NCBI GenBank assembly: GCA_965222115.1
Contig: CBDCTJ010000001.1
Span: 288,001 to 352,000 of the forward strand
Direction: 5' to 3'
DNA from: Planctomycetota bacterium
GTDB taxonomy: Bacteria; Planctomycetota; PLA2; JAEUHO01
DNA length: 64,000 bases
This document shows, piece after piece, positions 29,934 to 39,661 of this stretch (within the stretch, counting starts at the first letter, position 1; every line of letters starts with the position of its first letter). Both the position numbers and the translations under genes were made by a program. The notes below the pieces were generated by a model that was given only the letters and a program-made list of their open reading frames with translations, was not told the DNA's origin and made no database searches.

Positions 29934-31388
29934 CTAGTCGCCCTCTTTGTACTCGCCCAGCCACGAACGAAACTCGGTCTCGATACTCGCGAGGTCGGGG
30001 CCAAACAATCGATCAAAGTAGGCAATGGCATCGGTGGCATCACTGTGGTGACCGGGATGGTGGCCGGCCTTAGCGCCAAGTGCGGCACCACGACAGATCA
30101 TCTCGTAGCGCAGAAAACGCGAGCGGATCTCATCATCGGCGTGTTTGCGGAGGTAGCGGAAAAATGCCCACGACTGGTTGTAAAACATACGCGCACTCGA
30201 CTTGTTCTCGTTAATGAGCTTGAGCGCGTTGTCTTTCAGCATCTTCTTCAAGGGAATATAGTTGGCGTCGTCGCGCAAGGGTTCGATCAAGTGCGCGGAC
30301 ATACTTCCGCCCGCCGTGAGTTTCTTGCCGTCCCATGCAAACGTCCCGGGCCCGCCATACGTCTCGGCAAATCCTTCGGCGTACCAACTGGGAAAGATTG
30401 TGGGCGTCACGCCGTATTGATAGAGATGCGTCAACTCATGCAGCGCAATGCCGCGCACACTCTCCTCACCGCCGTCTTCACCGCTCACAATAGTGATAAA
30501 CGCGCCACTATCGGCAAGCCCCGCCGCCTTCTTATGGCTGCCGTGCCCCGCTGCATCGCAATAGGCCTCATAGTCCTTGCGTTTCTCGAAGATGAACATC
30601 CGCAGACGACGTGTGGGCCGCGCACCCATGTCGGCTTCCAGATAGGGCAAGAGCGCCGTACACATCGCCAAGTACGATTTTGCCTGATCGATACTGGTCT
30701 GTGAGCGAATCAAGACCTGATCATTGGCCGCCTCAAAGATGTCCTTGATCGAAGGGACCTTCTCTAGGAAGGCATCGCGAATGCATGGACGACCGTTGAT
30801 ATTGACGGCATCTTCGAGGAGCATCGTCGAGTATTTGGCGGGCACCTTGCCGAGGGCCATGACGACAAGCCCGTCCTTATCGACTTCCACATAGTCATCG
30901 CTAAGCCGAACGATGAATTTGAACTCGTCGAATGCTTCTTTCTCGATGCCCTTCTTGTCGGCCCACTTGGCGAGCTTGAGACGTTCCTTGAGATAGGTCT
31001 TGCGCGCCTTCTTCGCTCGCTTTTCATAGGCGCGAATCATGCCGCCCGACGGCTTCTTGAGTTTCTTCTTCCAGAACCCGTCATCGAGTCGACGCATGAT
31101 TGCAAGAATGCGCTGCGCCCACTGATTCTCGCCTTCGGAGACCTCGACGGCCTTGATGAATTCGGCAGCAGCTTGTTGCGTCAATCCGGCATCGCGGCAC
31201 CAAACGCCGACTTTGGCGTGGCGAGTGCCCGCTTCGCGCAACACGACGCGCTTCATTTCGCGGAGCTTCAGTCGATACTCGGCGGCCTTCTTGGGCTCTT
31301 CGAAGTCTCTGGCGTAACCGCTCCCCGCGAAAAGCGCAATACACACGAGTATCGCGGGCAGAAGGAACAGGTGAGACGTACTGCGCAT
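29934..31388 (-). CDS. Exported gluzincin-like (peptidase MA/DUF1570-like) protein
   Basis: Signal peptide; HELTH followed by PSWYAEGFAE and FYNQSWAF. Confidence 0.8.
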   Translation of the reverse strand: MRSTSHLFLLPAILVCIALFAGSGYARDFEEPKKAAEYRLKLREMKRVVLREAGTRHAKVGVWCRDAGLTQQAAAEFIKAVEVSEGENQWAQRILAIMRRLDDGFWKKKLKKPSGGMIRAYEKRAKKARKTYLKERLKLAKWADKKGIEKEAFDEFKFIVRLSDDYVEVDKDGLVVMALGKVPAKYSTMLLEDAVNINGRPCIRDAFLEKVPSIKDIFEAANDQVLIRSQTSIDQAKSYLAMCTALLPYLEADMGARPTRRLRMFIFEKRKDYEAYCDAAGHGSHKKAAGLADSGAFITIVSGEDGGEESVRGIALHELTHLYQYGVTPTIFPSWYAEGFAETYGGPGTFAWDGKKLTAGGSMSAHLIEPLRDDANYIPLKKMLKDNALKLINENKSSARMFYNQSWAFFRYLRKHADDEIRSRFLRYEMICRGAALGAKAGHHPGHHSDATDAIAYFDRLFGPDLASIETEFRSWLGEYKEGD

Positions 31389-31460
31389 TGGTTACCCCAC
31401 GAATACGAGGGGTAGTTTACACGACCGACGAGTCGAACAACCGATGAGTCAGATTTGTCG

Positions 31461-32324
31461 CTATCGAATGCCGTTCGCTTCGAAATGCTCTCGGAGCGCA
31501 GATACGCGGGCGCGTGCCTCGTCGCCTCGCTCCCACGCGCGGTCCACCGCGGCACGCGCGCCAGAGAAATTGCGGGCGCGGTACAGATAGTGGGCAGATA
31601 GGACATCGGCGGTGGCTTCATCCGCAGCCGACGACTCGATGTGATCCAATGCCTTGGTCACGACGGAGGCTTTTTTATCGTCAAGCACCGTGAACGTGGC
31701 GCGTACCGCTTGACGCGCCAACCCGTCGGCTGCCTTCATGATAACCGTATATCGACCGGGCTTGAGCGCGGGCGCACGCAAGGACGTACCGCGATGTTCT
31801 TGCTTCCATACGAGGTCATCCCCACGAATCTCAATTGCGCCGGTCGTAGCACCCTTCGGCAATTCCCATTGGAGTGTTTCGGGCGCTCTTAGGTAGTTGC
31901 CTCGCGGATACACCCAACGCCCTCCTCCACGCACAACGCCACTCATCGCCAACTCATCGTCTGCGACAAGTTCAAAATCACTAAATGCCTCCAATTCGGA
32001 CGCGCGAAGGGATGCAACCGTAGCGGTCAACTGAGCGCCAAAGTCAATCGGGGCAGAATCGTTGCGCTGTGACCACAGATAAACACTCACGCCTACGGCC
32101 AAGATTGCCGCTACGGCAGCAAGGAGTGGCGCAACCTTGACGTGTTTCGTTCGAAGTTCACGCAGCATGAGTTGCGCTTCTGGATCAGCGGCAAGTCGGC
32201 GTTCTAACCGAAGCCGTTTCAATGCGGGGAGTGTGCGCTCGATGTAAGCCGCGATGGTGGAAGGGTCCACGTCGGGGTGCTTCCTAAGCAGATCCGCAAT
32301 GCGATCGTCTACGTCCTTGTTCAC
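31461..32324 (-). CDS. Single-pass membrane protein, probable anti-sigma factor
   Basis: GTG start overlaps the ECF stop (GTGA); short cytoplasmic N-terminus, TM LLAAVAAILAVGVSVYLW, extracytoplasmic Ig-like region after VVRGG and a helical tail. Confidence 0.7.
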   Translation of the reverse strand: MNKDVDDRIADLLRKHPDVDPSTIAAYIERTLPALKRLRLERRLAADPEAQLMLRELRTKHVKVAPLLAAVAAILAVGVSVYLWSQRNDSAPIDFGAQLTATVASLRASELEAFSDFELVADDELAMSGVVRGGGRWVYPRGNYLRAPETLQWELPKGATTGAIEIRGDDLVWKQEHRGTSLRAPALKPGRYTVIMKAADGLARQAVRATFTVLDDKKASVVTKALDHIESSAADEATADVLSAHYLYRARNFSGARAAVDRAWERGDEARARVSALREHFEANGIR

Positions 32325-33229
32325 TGGTCTCGCTCCCTCGAATCTCGCTCTAGCTCCGCCGCGCCACGCTGCAACATGAGGTCCAGCGCAGCAACAAGTC
32401 CAGGCCAATCCCTACCCACATCAAGCCCTTCGGCGGACACGCGCTTACCGAGTGCCACTCGTAACTTCTCGCAGGCGGCACGGAGAATTCGTGTCACCCG
32501 CGGTGGACTAATTCGCAAAGCCTTCGCAATCGCCCGTTGTGGAAGTCCATGGCGGTACTTCAACACGATCACTTGAAGTTGGCGTGTGGTCATTGCTTCC
32601 CACGCCGACGCCAACGCCTCCGAGACGATCCGCTCACTCTCGGCATCCATGAGCGCCGATACGTGCGACTTGGTTCGCGCCGGGACAGATTCATCGATTT
32701 CGCTGGTGCCACCGGCGCTATCGCGACGCCAGCGGTCTACAGAACGTCGCCAGGTAACCGTCGCGAGCCAGGCGAATAGAGAGCCTCGTCCGTCGTAGGT
32801 GCCCAGACGGGTACGCGCATTGCCGGATGTCGGCGGTACGGCAAGCGCGCCCCAGAGTTCACTCAGGAGTTCGCGCGTGTCACGGGACGTGCTACCGCGG
32901 CGACGCATGAGTGCTCGGAGTGGTTGGGTGTAGCGACGCTCCAAGCACTCCCATGCCCCGTCGGCGCGAACATCGCACGCGGTGGCCAAGAACATGTCCT
33001 CCGCATGTAGCGGTTCGCCTCGTGTTTGCATGGCGTGAGCGAAGGCCTCGTAGGGCAACGACACCTCGGGATAGGCGCGGCAACCGAGCGCGTAGGTACG
33101 TTGCTGCCAATGGGCACTGCCTTGGAGAGAACCGCCCCGGCCGGTGTCTAAAGGCCCTACGGTCGAACGAACACCTTGACGCGGTGGCTGATTGGCGCGG
33201 ACGTTGGCGGCAGAAAACCGGCGACTCAC
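32321..33229 (-). CDS. ECF sigma factor with an N-terminal extension (resembles Myxococcales family 1 sigma70); start uncertain
   Basis: LHAEDMFLATAC, YDGRGSLFAWL, and sigma4 GLPQRAIAKALRISPPRVTRIL. Confidence 0.85.
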   Translation of the reverse strand: MSRRFSAANVRANQPPRQGVRSTVGPLDTGRGGSLQGSAHWQQRTYALGCRAYPEVSLPYEAFAHAMQTRGEPLHAEDMFLATACDVRADGAWECLERRYTQPLRALMRRRGSTSRDTRELLSELWGALAVPPTSGNARTRLGTYDGRGSLFAWLATVTWRRSVDRWRRDSAGGTSEIDESVPARTKSHVSALMDAESERIVSEALASAWEAMTTRQLQVIVLKYRHGLPQRAIAKALRISPPRVTRILRAACEKLRVALGKRVSAEGLDVGRDWPGLVAALDLMLQRGAAELERDSRERDQ

Positions 33230-33363
33230 GACGGACTCCTCACGTCACCATGATGGCATGGACACCAAAGTTGACGGGGGCGATGTGGAAAATTAACCCC
33301 AAAAGAACAGGAGAATCGCCACCCGCCCGAAACTGCGCGTTCACAGCCTGTTACGCTGACTAC

Positions 33364-36273
33364 ATGAGGTCGAGGATTCTGCTCTTTGCGATGCTGATCG
33401 CTATGCAGGGCCTGCCCTACGCCCAAGCAAAAGATGAGAAGGCGGAGGGTGCCTCCAACGCTGCGAACGTGCTGGAGTTCGTCCGTCAGATTCGCGACAC
33501 CCTGGAGAAGAAGGAGGCGGATCGCGCGCGGATGATACTTATGGCGTCAAAGTGGGATGCGTGGATCGTGATCGAATCACTGGCGCGTGAACTAGCATGG
33601 GACGCCGCTAAATTCGCCGCCGACGTCTACAAAGACAAGGTTCCGGACGGGGCCGAGCTCGCGTCATACGTCGCATGGCGGCGACTGCATCCAATGGGAT
33701 CTACGCTCGACGGCGTATCGAAGGTGGTTTCGCTCCAAAACAAGGCGATGGATCCGAACGTTGCGCCCACGGAGAGGAAACGCTACGAGCGCTTGCTTGT
33801 TGCCGCAGAAGCCGCGGGGGCCATTCGATGGTTCAATCGAGAAAACACGCTGTTGATGCGCGCGCAAGCTATCGCACAGAAGAGCAAGCCGCAACTCCCC
33901 TATCTCCCCATCGTTGAACGCCGCCTGACGCTCGCGGAAGCGGTCGGCATGGACGCGAGCAAGATCTGGCGATACCTCGACTTCCTTTGTCGCGAATACT
34001 CATCGCGCCGCCAATTTGAAAAGGCAAACGCCTATGCGGCACGTTCGCTCAAGCTCGCGGCGGACGACGACCAACGATCCAAGTCGCTGAGACGGCTGGT
34101 GACGCTTGCGTCGAAGCGCGGCGAGTCCACGCAAGTAATTCGGTATGTTCGCGCGCTTCGTGCATTGGCAGCACGACATAAGAATGCGGTAGGCGTTGCT
34201 GCGGCCGACATTAAGTGGGCAGCGGCCGACGCGACACTCGGTCGACCCAATGCTGCCATGGCGCGACTCGAGCCCGCGCTCGAGATTCTAGAAGCCCACG
34301 GCACCAAAGAACATTTGCGTGGCGGGCACTTGCAGGCTGCAATGATCGCAATTACAAGTAATGATTTCGAGCGGACGCTCCGTCATGTTGCTCGTGCAGA
34401 TGCCGCGTCGAAGGGGCTCCCTTACAAGGACTACCGACTCCGACAATTTGAAGCGCACTCGTTGTGGGCGTTAGGCGAGCAGGATGAGGCTCGGCGGGTG
34501 CTGGACGAATTACTTGAACGAATCCCAGTCCACGAACGGGAGGAGCGCGCGAAAACAATCGCGATTCAAATCATGTACGCGAATCGCGCGACTGATGTAG
34601 TCGAGAATGAAGCCCGACTGGCCGAACTCAGAACCCTACGGGCTAACTCAACGTCGTCCTCGGCAGTGGCCCAACTCGCGTTCTGTGACATGAAGGTTGC
34701 GTTTCAAAAAGGGCTGCATGCTGAGGCAATTCGCGCAGGAAAGAGGGCAAGGCTGCACGCAGAGCGATCCGTGAATCCGCTGGATCAGATTCAAATCGAC
34801 TATCTCCTCGCGCGCGCCTATGTCGCCTTAGGTGAATACGCGCATGCAAGACGGCAAATCAAAGTGACGCTTCGCCTTCTCACAGAGTATTCAGAATCCA
34901 TGCCCGAGCAAATGGGCGTCACGTTTCGCGAACCACTACGCTCGATCCCGCAACTCGCCGCTGATCTCGCTAGCAAACAAGAAGACTATGAAGCGTTGTT
35001 TCAGATCGCGGAGCGCGCGTTCGCGGTCACACTTCGAGGCCGTGTTGGCGAAGAGGCAACAACGCAACAGGCGCTCTCGAAGGACGATCGAGACCGATTG
35101 GACGAGCTGAGGGCGAAGGAGTCGCGAGCCGCGAAACAGCTTCGTATCTCAGCGATTGCGGACGCAGGCAAGCCTATCGAGTCGCGCGCCGGTGCACCGA
35201 CGCCGCAGGTGGCGTGGGCCAACGTCCAGGATGAACTTGAGCGCCATCGAACGGCCATTCGAGCCAAGAACGTTATTGCGGGCCAGATTCTATATCCCGT
35301 GATCGATACATTCGCGAGTGCGCAAAAACGACTGACGGCAGCGGAAGCACTACTTGTGCTGATTCGCGGCACGTCTGTCGTCCACGGACTCGTCATTACG
35401 TCGCAGTCCGTTCGTTACATCGACCTGGGATCCGCTGATGAATTCGAAAGCGCGATCCGCGATCTTACATTGAGCGATCCGCTCTCGGACGAGAAGGCGG
35501 AAGTCGAGCGGTTGCACGGACTCGTTGCCAATCCAGTCAAGCTGCCTCCGTCAGTGCGGCACATCGCGGTCATGGCACAGGAAGGTTTTTCGCGTGTCCC
35601 CTACGCGGCAATCTGGCCGACACGCGAAGTACGCATGATCCCCTCGGCCACCGTAGATCGACTGCTTAATGAACGCGCTGACGACGGCAAGGGCATCTTG
35701 GCACTCGCAGATCCACGTGCGAAGGATGTGCCGAGACTTCCGGGCGCCAACCGCGAAGCACGAACCATCGGCACCACTGTATTGGTTGAAGACAAGGCTA
35801 CCGAACCATCTTTCAACCAAGCATTGCGAAGTGAGCCGTCGTGGCGATCGATTCACATTGCATGCCATGCGGCCATGAACAATGAACACCCGTTACGCTC
35901 GGCACTCATACTTGCGCCCACCAAAGACAGCGATGGCTTGTACACCGTTTCCGAGCTCCTTGGCGCACGCATCAATACAGACCTTGCCGTCCTTGCCGCG
36001 TGCTCCGCTGGGCAACGCAGTTGGATGGACTTCGAAGGCGCCATGACATTTACGCACGCCTTCTTTGTCGCCGGTGCAAAGCGTGTGTTGGTGAGCCTGT
36101 GGGATGTCAATGACGCTGCATCATCCGCGCTGTTGACCAAGTTCTATGAATTCTGGACACCCAAGACGTCTCCGGCAACAGCATTGACCAAAGCGCAGGC
36201 ATGGATGCGAACGAAAAAGAAGTGGGCTCACCCAGCATTCTGGGCAAGTTGGCAGCTTTGGGGAGCACGCTGA
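33364..36273 (+). CDS. Exported TPR-CHAT (caspase-like) protease, copy 1
   Basis: Signal peptide MRSRILLFAMLIAMQGLPYAQA, helical repeats, CHAT catalytic IHIACHA and LAACS, VSLWDVND, HPAFWASW. Confidence 0.9.
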   Translation: MRSRILLFAMLIAMQGLPYAQAKDEKAEGASNAANVLEFVRQIRDTLEKKEADRARMILMASKWDAWIVIESLARELAWDAAKFAADVYKDKVPDGAELASYVAWRRLHPMGSTLDGVSKVVSLQNKAMDPNVAPTERKRYERLLVAAEAAGAIRWFNRENTLLMRAQAIAQKSKPQLPYLPIVERRLTLAEAVGMDASKIWRYLDFLCREYSSRRQFEKANAYAARSLKLAADDDQRSKSLRRLVTLASKRGESTQVIRYVRALRALAARHKNAVGVAAADIKWAAADATLGRPNAAMARLEPALEILEAHGTKEHLRGGHLQAAMIAITSNDFERTLRHVARADAASKGLPYKDYRLRQFEAHSLWALGEQDEARRVLDELLERIPVHEREERAKTIAIQIMYANRATDVVENEARLAELRTLRANSTSSSAVAQLAFCDMKVAFQKGLHAEAIRAGKRARLHAERSVNPLDQIQIDYLLARAYVALGEYAHARRQIKVTLRLLTEYSESMPEQMGVTFREPLRSIPQLAADLASKQEDYEALFQIAERAFAVTLRGRVGEEATTQQALSKDDRDRLDELRAKESRAAKQLRISAIADAGKPIESRAGAPTPQVAWANVQDELERHRTAIRAKNVIAGQILYPVIDTFASAQKRLTAAEALLVLIRGTSVVHGLVITSQSVRYIDLGSADEFESAIRDLTLSDPLSDEKAEVERLHGLVANPVKLPPSVRHIAVMAQEGFSRVPYAAIWPTREVRMIPSATVDRLLNERADDGKGILALADPRAKDVPRLPGANREARTIGTTVLVEDKATEPSFNQALRSEPSWRSIHIACHAAMNNEHPLRSALILAPTKDSDGLYTVSELLGARINTDLAVLAACSAGQRSWMDFEGAMTFTHAFFVAGAKRVLVSLWDVNDAASSALLTKFYEFWTPKTSPATALTKAQAWMRTKKKWAHPAFWASWQLWGAR

Positions 36274-36356
36274 TTCGGCTTGGTTCAAGGCGCATAACGT
36301 GTGGGACCGTGTCACGCCGTAGTTGCAATCATTCCAGTCGTGGAAATACTGATGTC

Positions 36357-39251
36357 ATGCGAGCGAAACCTCGAATGTGTTCACGCGTGATTCTATTGGC
36401 AATGTCTCTGCTAGCCATTTCATCACTGATGCCAGTGTTCGCCGAAGAACCGCTCCTCGCAAAGCCCGTTCAAACGTACGCCAAGACCATTGCAGAAGCC
36501 GTTGACGAGGGAGACGACGCGAAGCTGGATGCACTCGTAGCCAAGAACACGCATGACCCGTGGCTCGTTGTAGAAGCACTATTGGCAAAGGACGATAACA
36601 AGGCCGCACACCAACTTGCAGTTCGATTGCCGGCATCGCCGGACACACGCCAACTCGCTTCCTACATCAAGAAGTGTCAAGGCGCCGCCCGTGTAACGAT
36701 CGATCGAGTCTCTTCCCTTCTCCGTGATCTTCGCAATCTGGAGCAAGATGAAGCCAAAAATGACCTCGATTTCGATGCGACGGCCCGGTTGGCCATTGCC
36801 GAGCGGGCGCAGGCACTCGGTTGGCTCTCGTTCGCAAGCAGGATTCTCGATCTGAGCCACGCGACGTCAAAACAGGACGCTGCATTCACGCTCAAGTGCC
36901 TTCAGTTGTGGATTGCGGTCGAGCAACATCGGGAACAACCCGATCGTGAAGTGCGAGTGCGCGGAGCGATTGCCAAAGTTCTTTCACAACAGCAGCGTCC
37001 GCGCGAAGCGCTGGCTTATGCCGAACCGGCCCTGCGGCTTAAGTTGCCGTCGAAACTGAGGCACTATGCGCTTGTGATGAATGTTTCGTTACTCGTGACG
37101 TTAGGCGAGAACGCGCGCGTGCTGGCGCTGGTACCCGAGTTGCGCAAACAAACTACCGCACAGAAGAACGCGATTGGCACAGCGATCGTGGATCTGCAAT
37201 GGGCCGCCGCCAACGCGAATTTAGGCCGACCCGCAGCGGCGCTTGCTCGTCTCGATCATGCCCTACGAGTGATCGAAGCTGCGGGCCCGATCCACCTACA
37301 ACAGTCTGCTCACATGCAAGCTGCCAATATCGCGATCATTCACAGAGATCCCGAGCGGGCGACAAAGCACGTCCAACGTGCGCGCGCAAAGGGTCAACTC
37401 AACAAGATCGTTAGGCTGCATTTGGATCGACTGGAGGCAGATGCGCTGTTTATGATGGGGCGCATTGACGATTCAATGCGTGTCACACGAGGGTCAGTTC
37501 AACAAATTCCCAAGAACGACGTGCGGTCGCAGACACCACCCCGCACTCGACTCATGTCGCTCCATCTCGCGAAGCGAGACGTTGACGCGGCAAAAATTGA
37601 GCTGGACTGGCTGACCAACGTGCTTCAGTCCGGCGCGCTCGATGCAAAGTTGCGCCGCGAAGTTGTGCGAAACATCTGCTATTTTTATGTCTTCACCGGC
37701 GCCTACGAACGTGCACTGACAATAGCCGAGCGCGAACTTGCACGAGAGACAGACTACGATGACCCTGCCCATCGACGAGGGCTTCGGTACCACGCGTCTC
37801 AGGCGGCACTTCAATTGGGCGCAACCGACAAGGCGCTGCAACACGTAGACGCGTTGATCGCGCTCACGGTCGATACCACCAATGAAATGCCCGAACGCAC
37901 ACTGAAAGAGTCTCGCGCTAGTTGGGTCGGTTTGGCGACCATGGCCATCGATGCGGCTATGGCCGCCAAGGATGCAGGTCGAGTTGTCTCCTATCTTGAA
38001 CTCATACGCGCCGTTTCGACACGGGCTCGAATTGGCGTGGAGCATGTGGAGTCACGCACGCTACGCAAAGAGGATAAGGAGACGCTCGACAAACTTCGTG
38101 ACGCGGAACGCATGACCATCGCCGCGTTTCAGAAGTTGAACGACGACAAATCGAAGCTCGCCACTACGAAGCGAGTGGAATTGGTGAAGCGGCTATCATC
38201 GATTCGCGAATCACTCGCCGAGCGGAGAGAGGCTATTCGGGCGCAGCGAGTCGTTGCTGGACACATACTCTACCCCTCCGTTGACTCGCTCCGAGATGTA
38301 CAACTGCGATTAGCAGCCGATGAGGCCTTTATCTACTTCGCGTTTGGACGGGTACGAGCTGTGGCGCTGCTTGTCACAGCCAAAGCGACAAAACTAATGA
38401 ACCTTGGCATGCGTTCTGACGTTGCTTCGGTACTGGAAGGGCTCGCGATTGGTGATTCCATGTCATCTTCGGAAGAGGATCTGGAAATACTGCGAACGGC
38501 GATCGGCAAGCCTTTGGCGCTACCGAAGCACATTGTGCGCGTGTCAATCTCCGGCGAAGCCGCATTCACCCGGGTGCCGTACGCACTGCTTTGGCCTACG
38601 CGTGAGATTGTCATGGTCTCCTCCGCCACCATTCAACGCCTGCTCCAGACGGAGTCGAGTTCGGGTAAAGACGTGCTGGCCGTAGCCGATCCAGCGGCGC
38701 CGAACGTCTCGCGGCTTGTTGGCGCACGGGCCACTGCAACATCCATTGCCACGCGCGTACTTGCCGACAAGGACGCGACGGAGGAAGCGATCGATATCGC
38801 GCTCAAGCGAAAGGAACGTTGGCGAAGCGTACACTTTGCGTGTCATGCAGCGATGGATGAAGCGAAGCCCCTGCAATCAGCGTTGCTCGTATCACCGTCC
38901 AAGCACAACGACGGCTTTATGACCGTCTTGGAGCTCCTGGACGCCTCGGTTCAATCTGAGTTGGTCGTGCTGGCAGCTTGTTCTACGGGGACTCGCAATG
39001 CGCGCGATGTGGACGGGACCCTCACATTCGTGAATGCATTCTTCGTTTCGGGCGCAACCCGCGTCATTGTTAGTCTCTGGGACGTCAATGACGAAGCTAC
39101 GGCGGCGCTCTTCAAGAAGTTCTACGCCCTGTGGAAGCCGGCGACGTCACCTGGCGCAGCGCTAGCGAAGGCGCAAGCATGGATGCGAACTCAAAAGAAG
39201 TGGAAGCATCCGGCGCACTGGGCAGGGTGGCAGATATGGGGACCGCGGTAA
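36357..39251 (+). CDS. Exported TPR-CHAT (caspase-like) protease, copy 2
   Basis: Signal peptide ending PVFA, VHFACHA, LAACS, VSLWDVND, HPAHWAGW; paralogue of the upstream gene. Confidence 0.9.
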   Translation: MRAKPRMCSRVILLAMSLLAISSLMPVFAEEPLLAKPVQTYAKTIAEAVDEGDDAKLDALVAKNTHDPWLVVEALLAKDDNKAAHQLAVRLPASPDTRQLASYIKKCQGAARVTIDRVSSLLRDLRNLEQDEAKNDLDFDATARLAIAERAQALGWLSFASRILDLSHATSKQDAAFTLKCLQLWIAVEQHREQPDREVRVRGAIAKVLSQQQRPREALAYAEPALRLKLPSKLRHYALVMNVSLLVTLGENARVLALVPELRKQTTAQKNAIGTAIVDLQWAAANANLGRPAAALARLDHALRVIEAAGPIHLQQSAHMQAANIAIIHRDPERATKHVQRARAKGQLNKIVRLHLDRLEADALFMMGRIDDSMRVTRGSVQQIPKNDVRSQTPPRTRLMSLHLAKRDVDAAKIELDWLTNVLQSGALDAKLRREVVRNICYFYVFTGAYERALTIAERELARETDYDDPAHRRGLRYHASQAALQLGATDKALQHVDALIALTVDTTNEMPERTLKESRASWVGLATMAIDAAMAAKDAGRVVSYLELIRAVSTRARIGVEHVESRTLRKEDKETLDKLRDAERMTIAAFQKLNDDKSKLATTKRVELVKRLSSIRESLAERREAIRAQRVVAGHILYPSVDSLRDVQLRLAADEAFIYFAFGRVRAVALLVTAKATKLMNLGMRSDVASVLEGLAIGDSMSSSEEDLEILRTAIGKPLALPKHIVRVSISGEAAFTRVPYALLWPTREIVMVSSATIQRLLQTESSSGKDVLAVADPAAPNVSRLVGARATATSIATRVLADKDATEEAIDIALKRKERWRSVHFACHAAMDEAKPLQSALLVSPSKHNDGFMTVLELLDASVQSELVVLAACSTGTRNARDVDGTLTFVNAFFVSGATRVIVSLWDVNDEATAALFKKFYALWKPATSPGAALAKAQAWMRTQKKWKHPAHWAGWQIWGPR

Positions 39252-39336
39252 CTGCAGTGGGGTAGAACGGTTGGCTGCGCGTGTCGTGCTCACTGGTCTT
39301 TGCGACCTCCGTTTCGCATGCGTGTACCATCCATGG

Positions 39337-39570
39337 ATGTCCCGCGCCGACCGTCGCCAACGCATCGCACGTATAGTCCAACGACGGACAACGCAAGCCC
39401 GCGCCCTGAATTGGCGCGTCGGCGAGCAACCCGATGATCGTGACCGTGGCCGATGGCGGCGACACGCGCCTATGGACTGTGGTCGACCTCGATGCGGACT
39501 GTGCTCGGGACCGAGGTGGCGGCAAGAGCGGGCGAGACAGAAATCAGGCTACGACACTCTCGATGAGTAG
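39337..39570 (+). CDS. Small basic protein with a CGRPRCGLC motif
   Basis: TACCAT -10 six nt before ATG; 77 aa, Arg-rich, three Cys plus a His. Confidence 0.55.
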   Translation: MSRADRRQRIARIVQRRTTQARALNWRVGEQPDDRDRGRWRRHAPMDCGRPRCGLCSGPRWRQERARQKSGYDTLDE

Positions 39571-39661
39571 CGCAATAGGGGTGACGCCCGTCCGATCGTA
39601 AACACCCATGGTGCTTCCCGGTACAAGAGTCGCTCATTCGTTGCTCTAGGAGTCGATTTCG

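Noticed and set aside
32911-33363. N-terminal 151 aa of the 1120-aa ORF
   Set aside because: It overlaps the divergent ECF gene; the signal peptide and -10 element point to ATG 33364.
33364-39251. Type III-E CRISPR (Craspase) locus
   Set aside because: No Cas7-11, Csx30/31 or array is visible, and both CHAT proteins have signal peptides.
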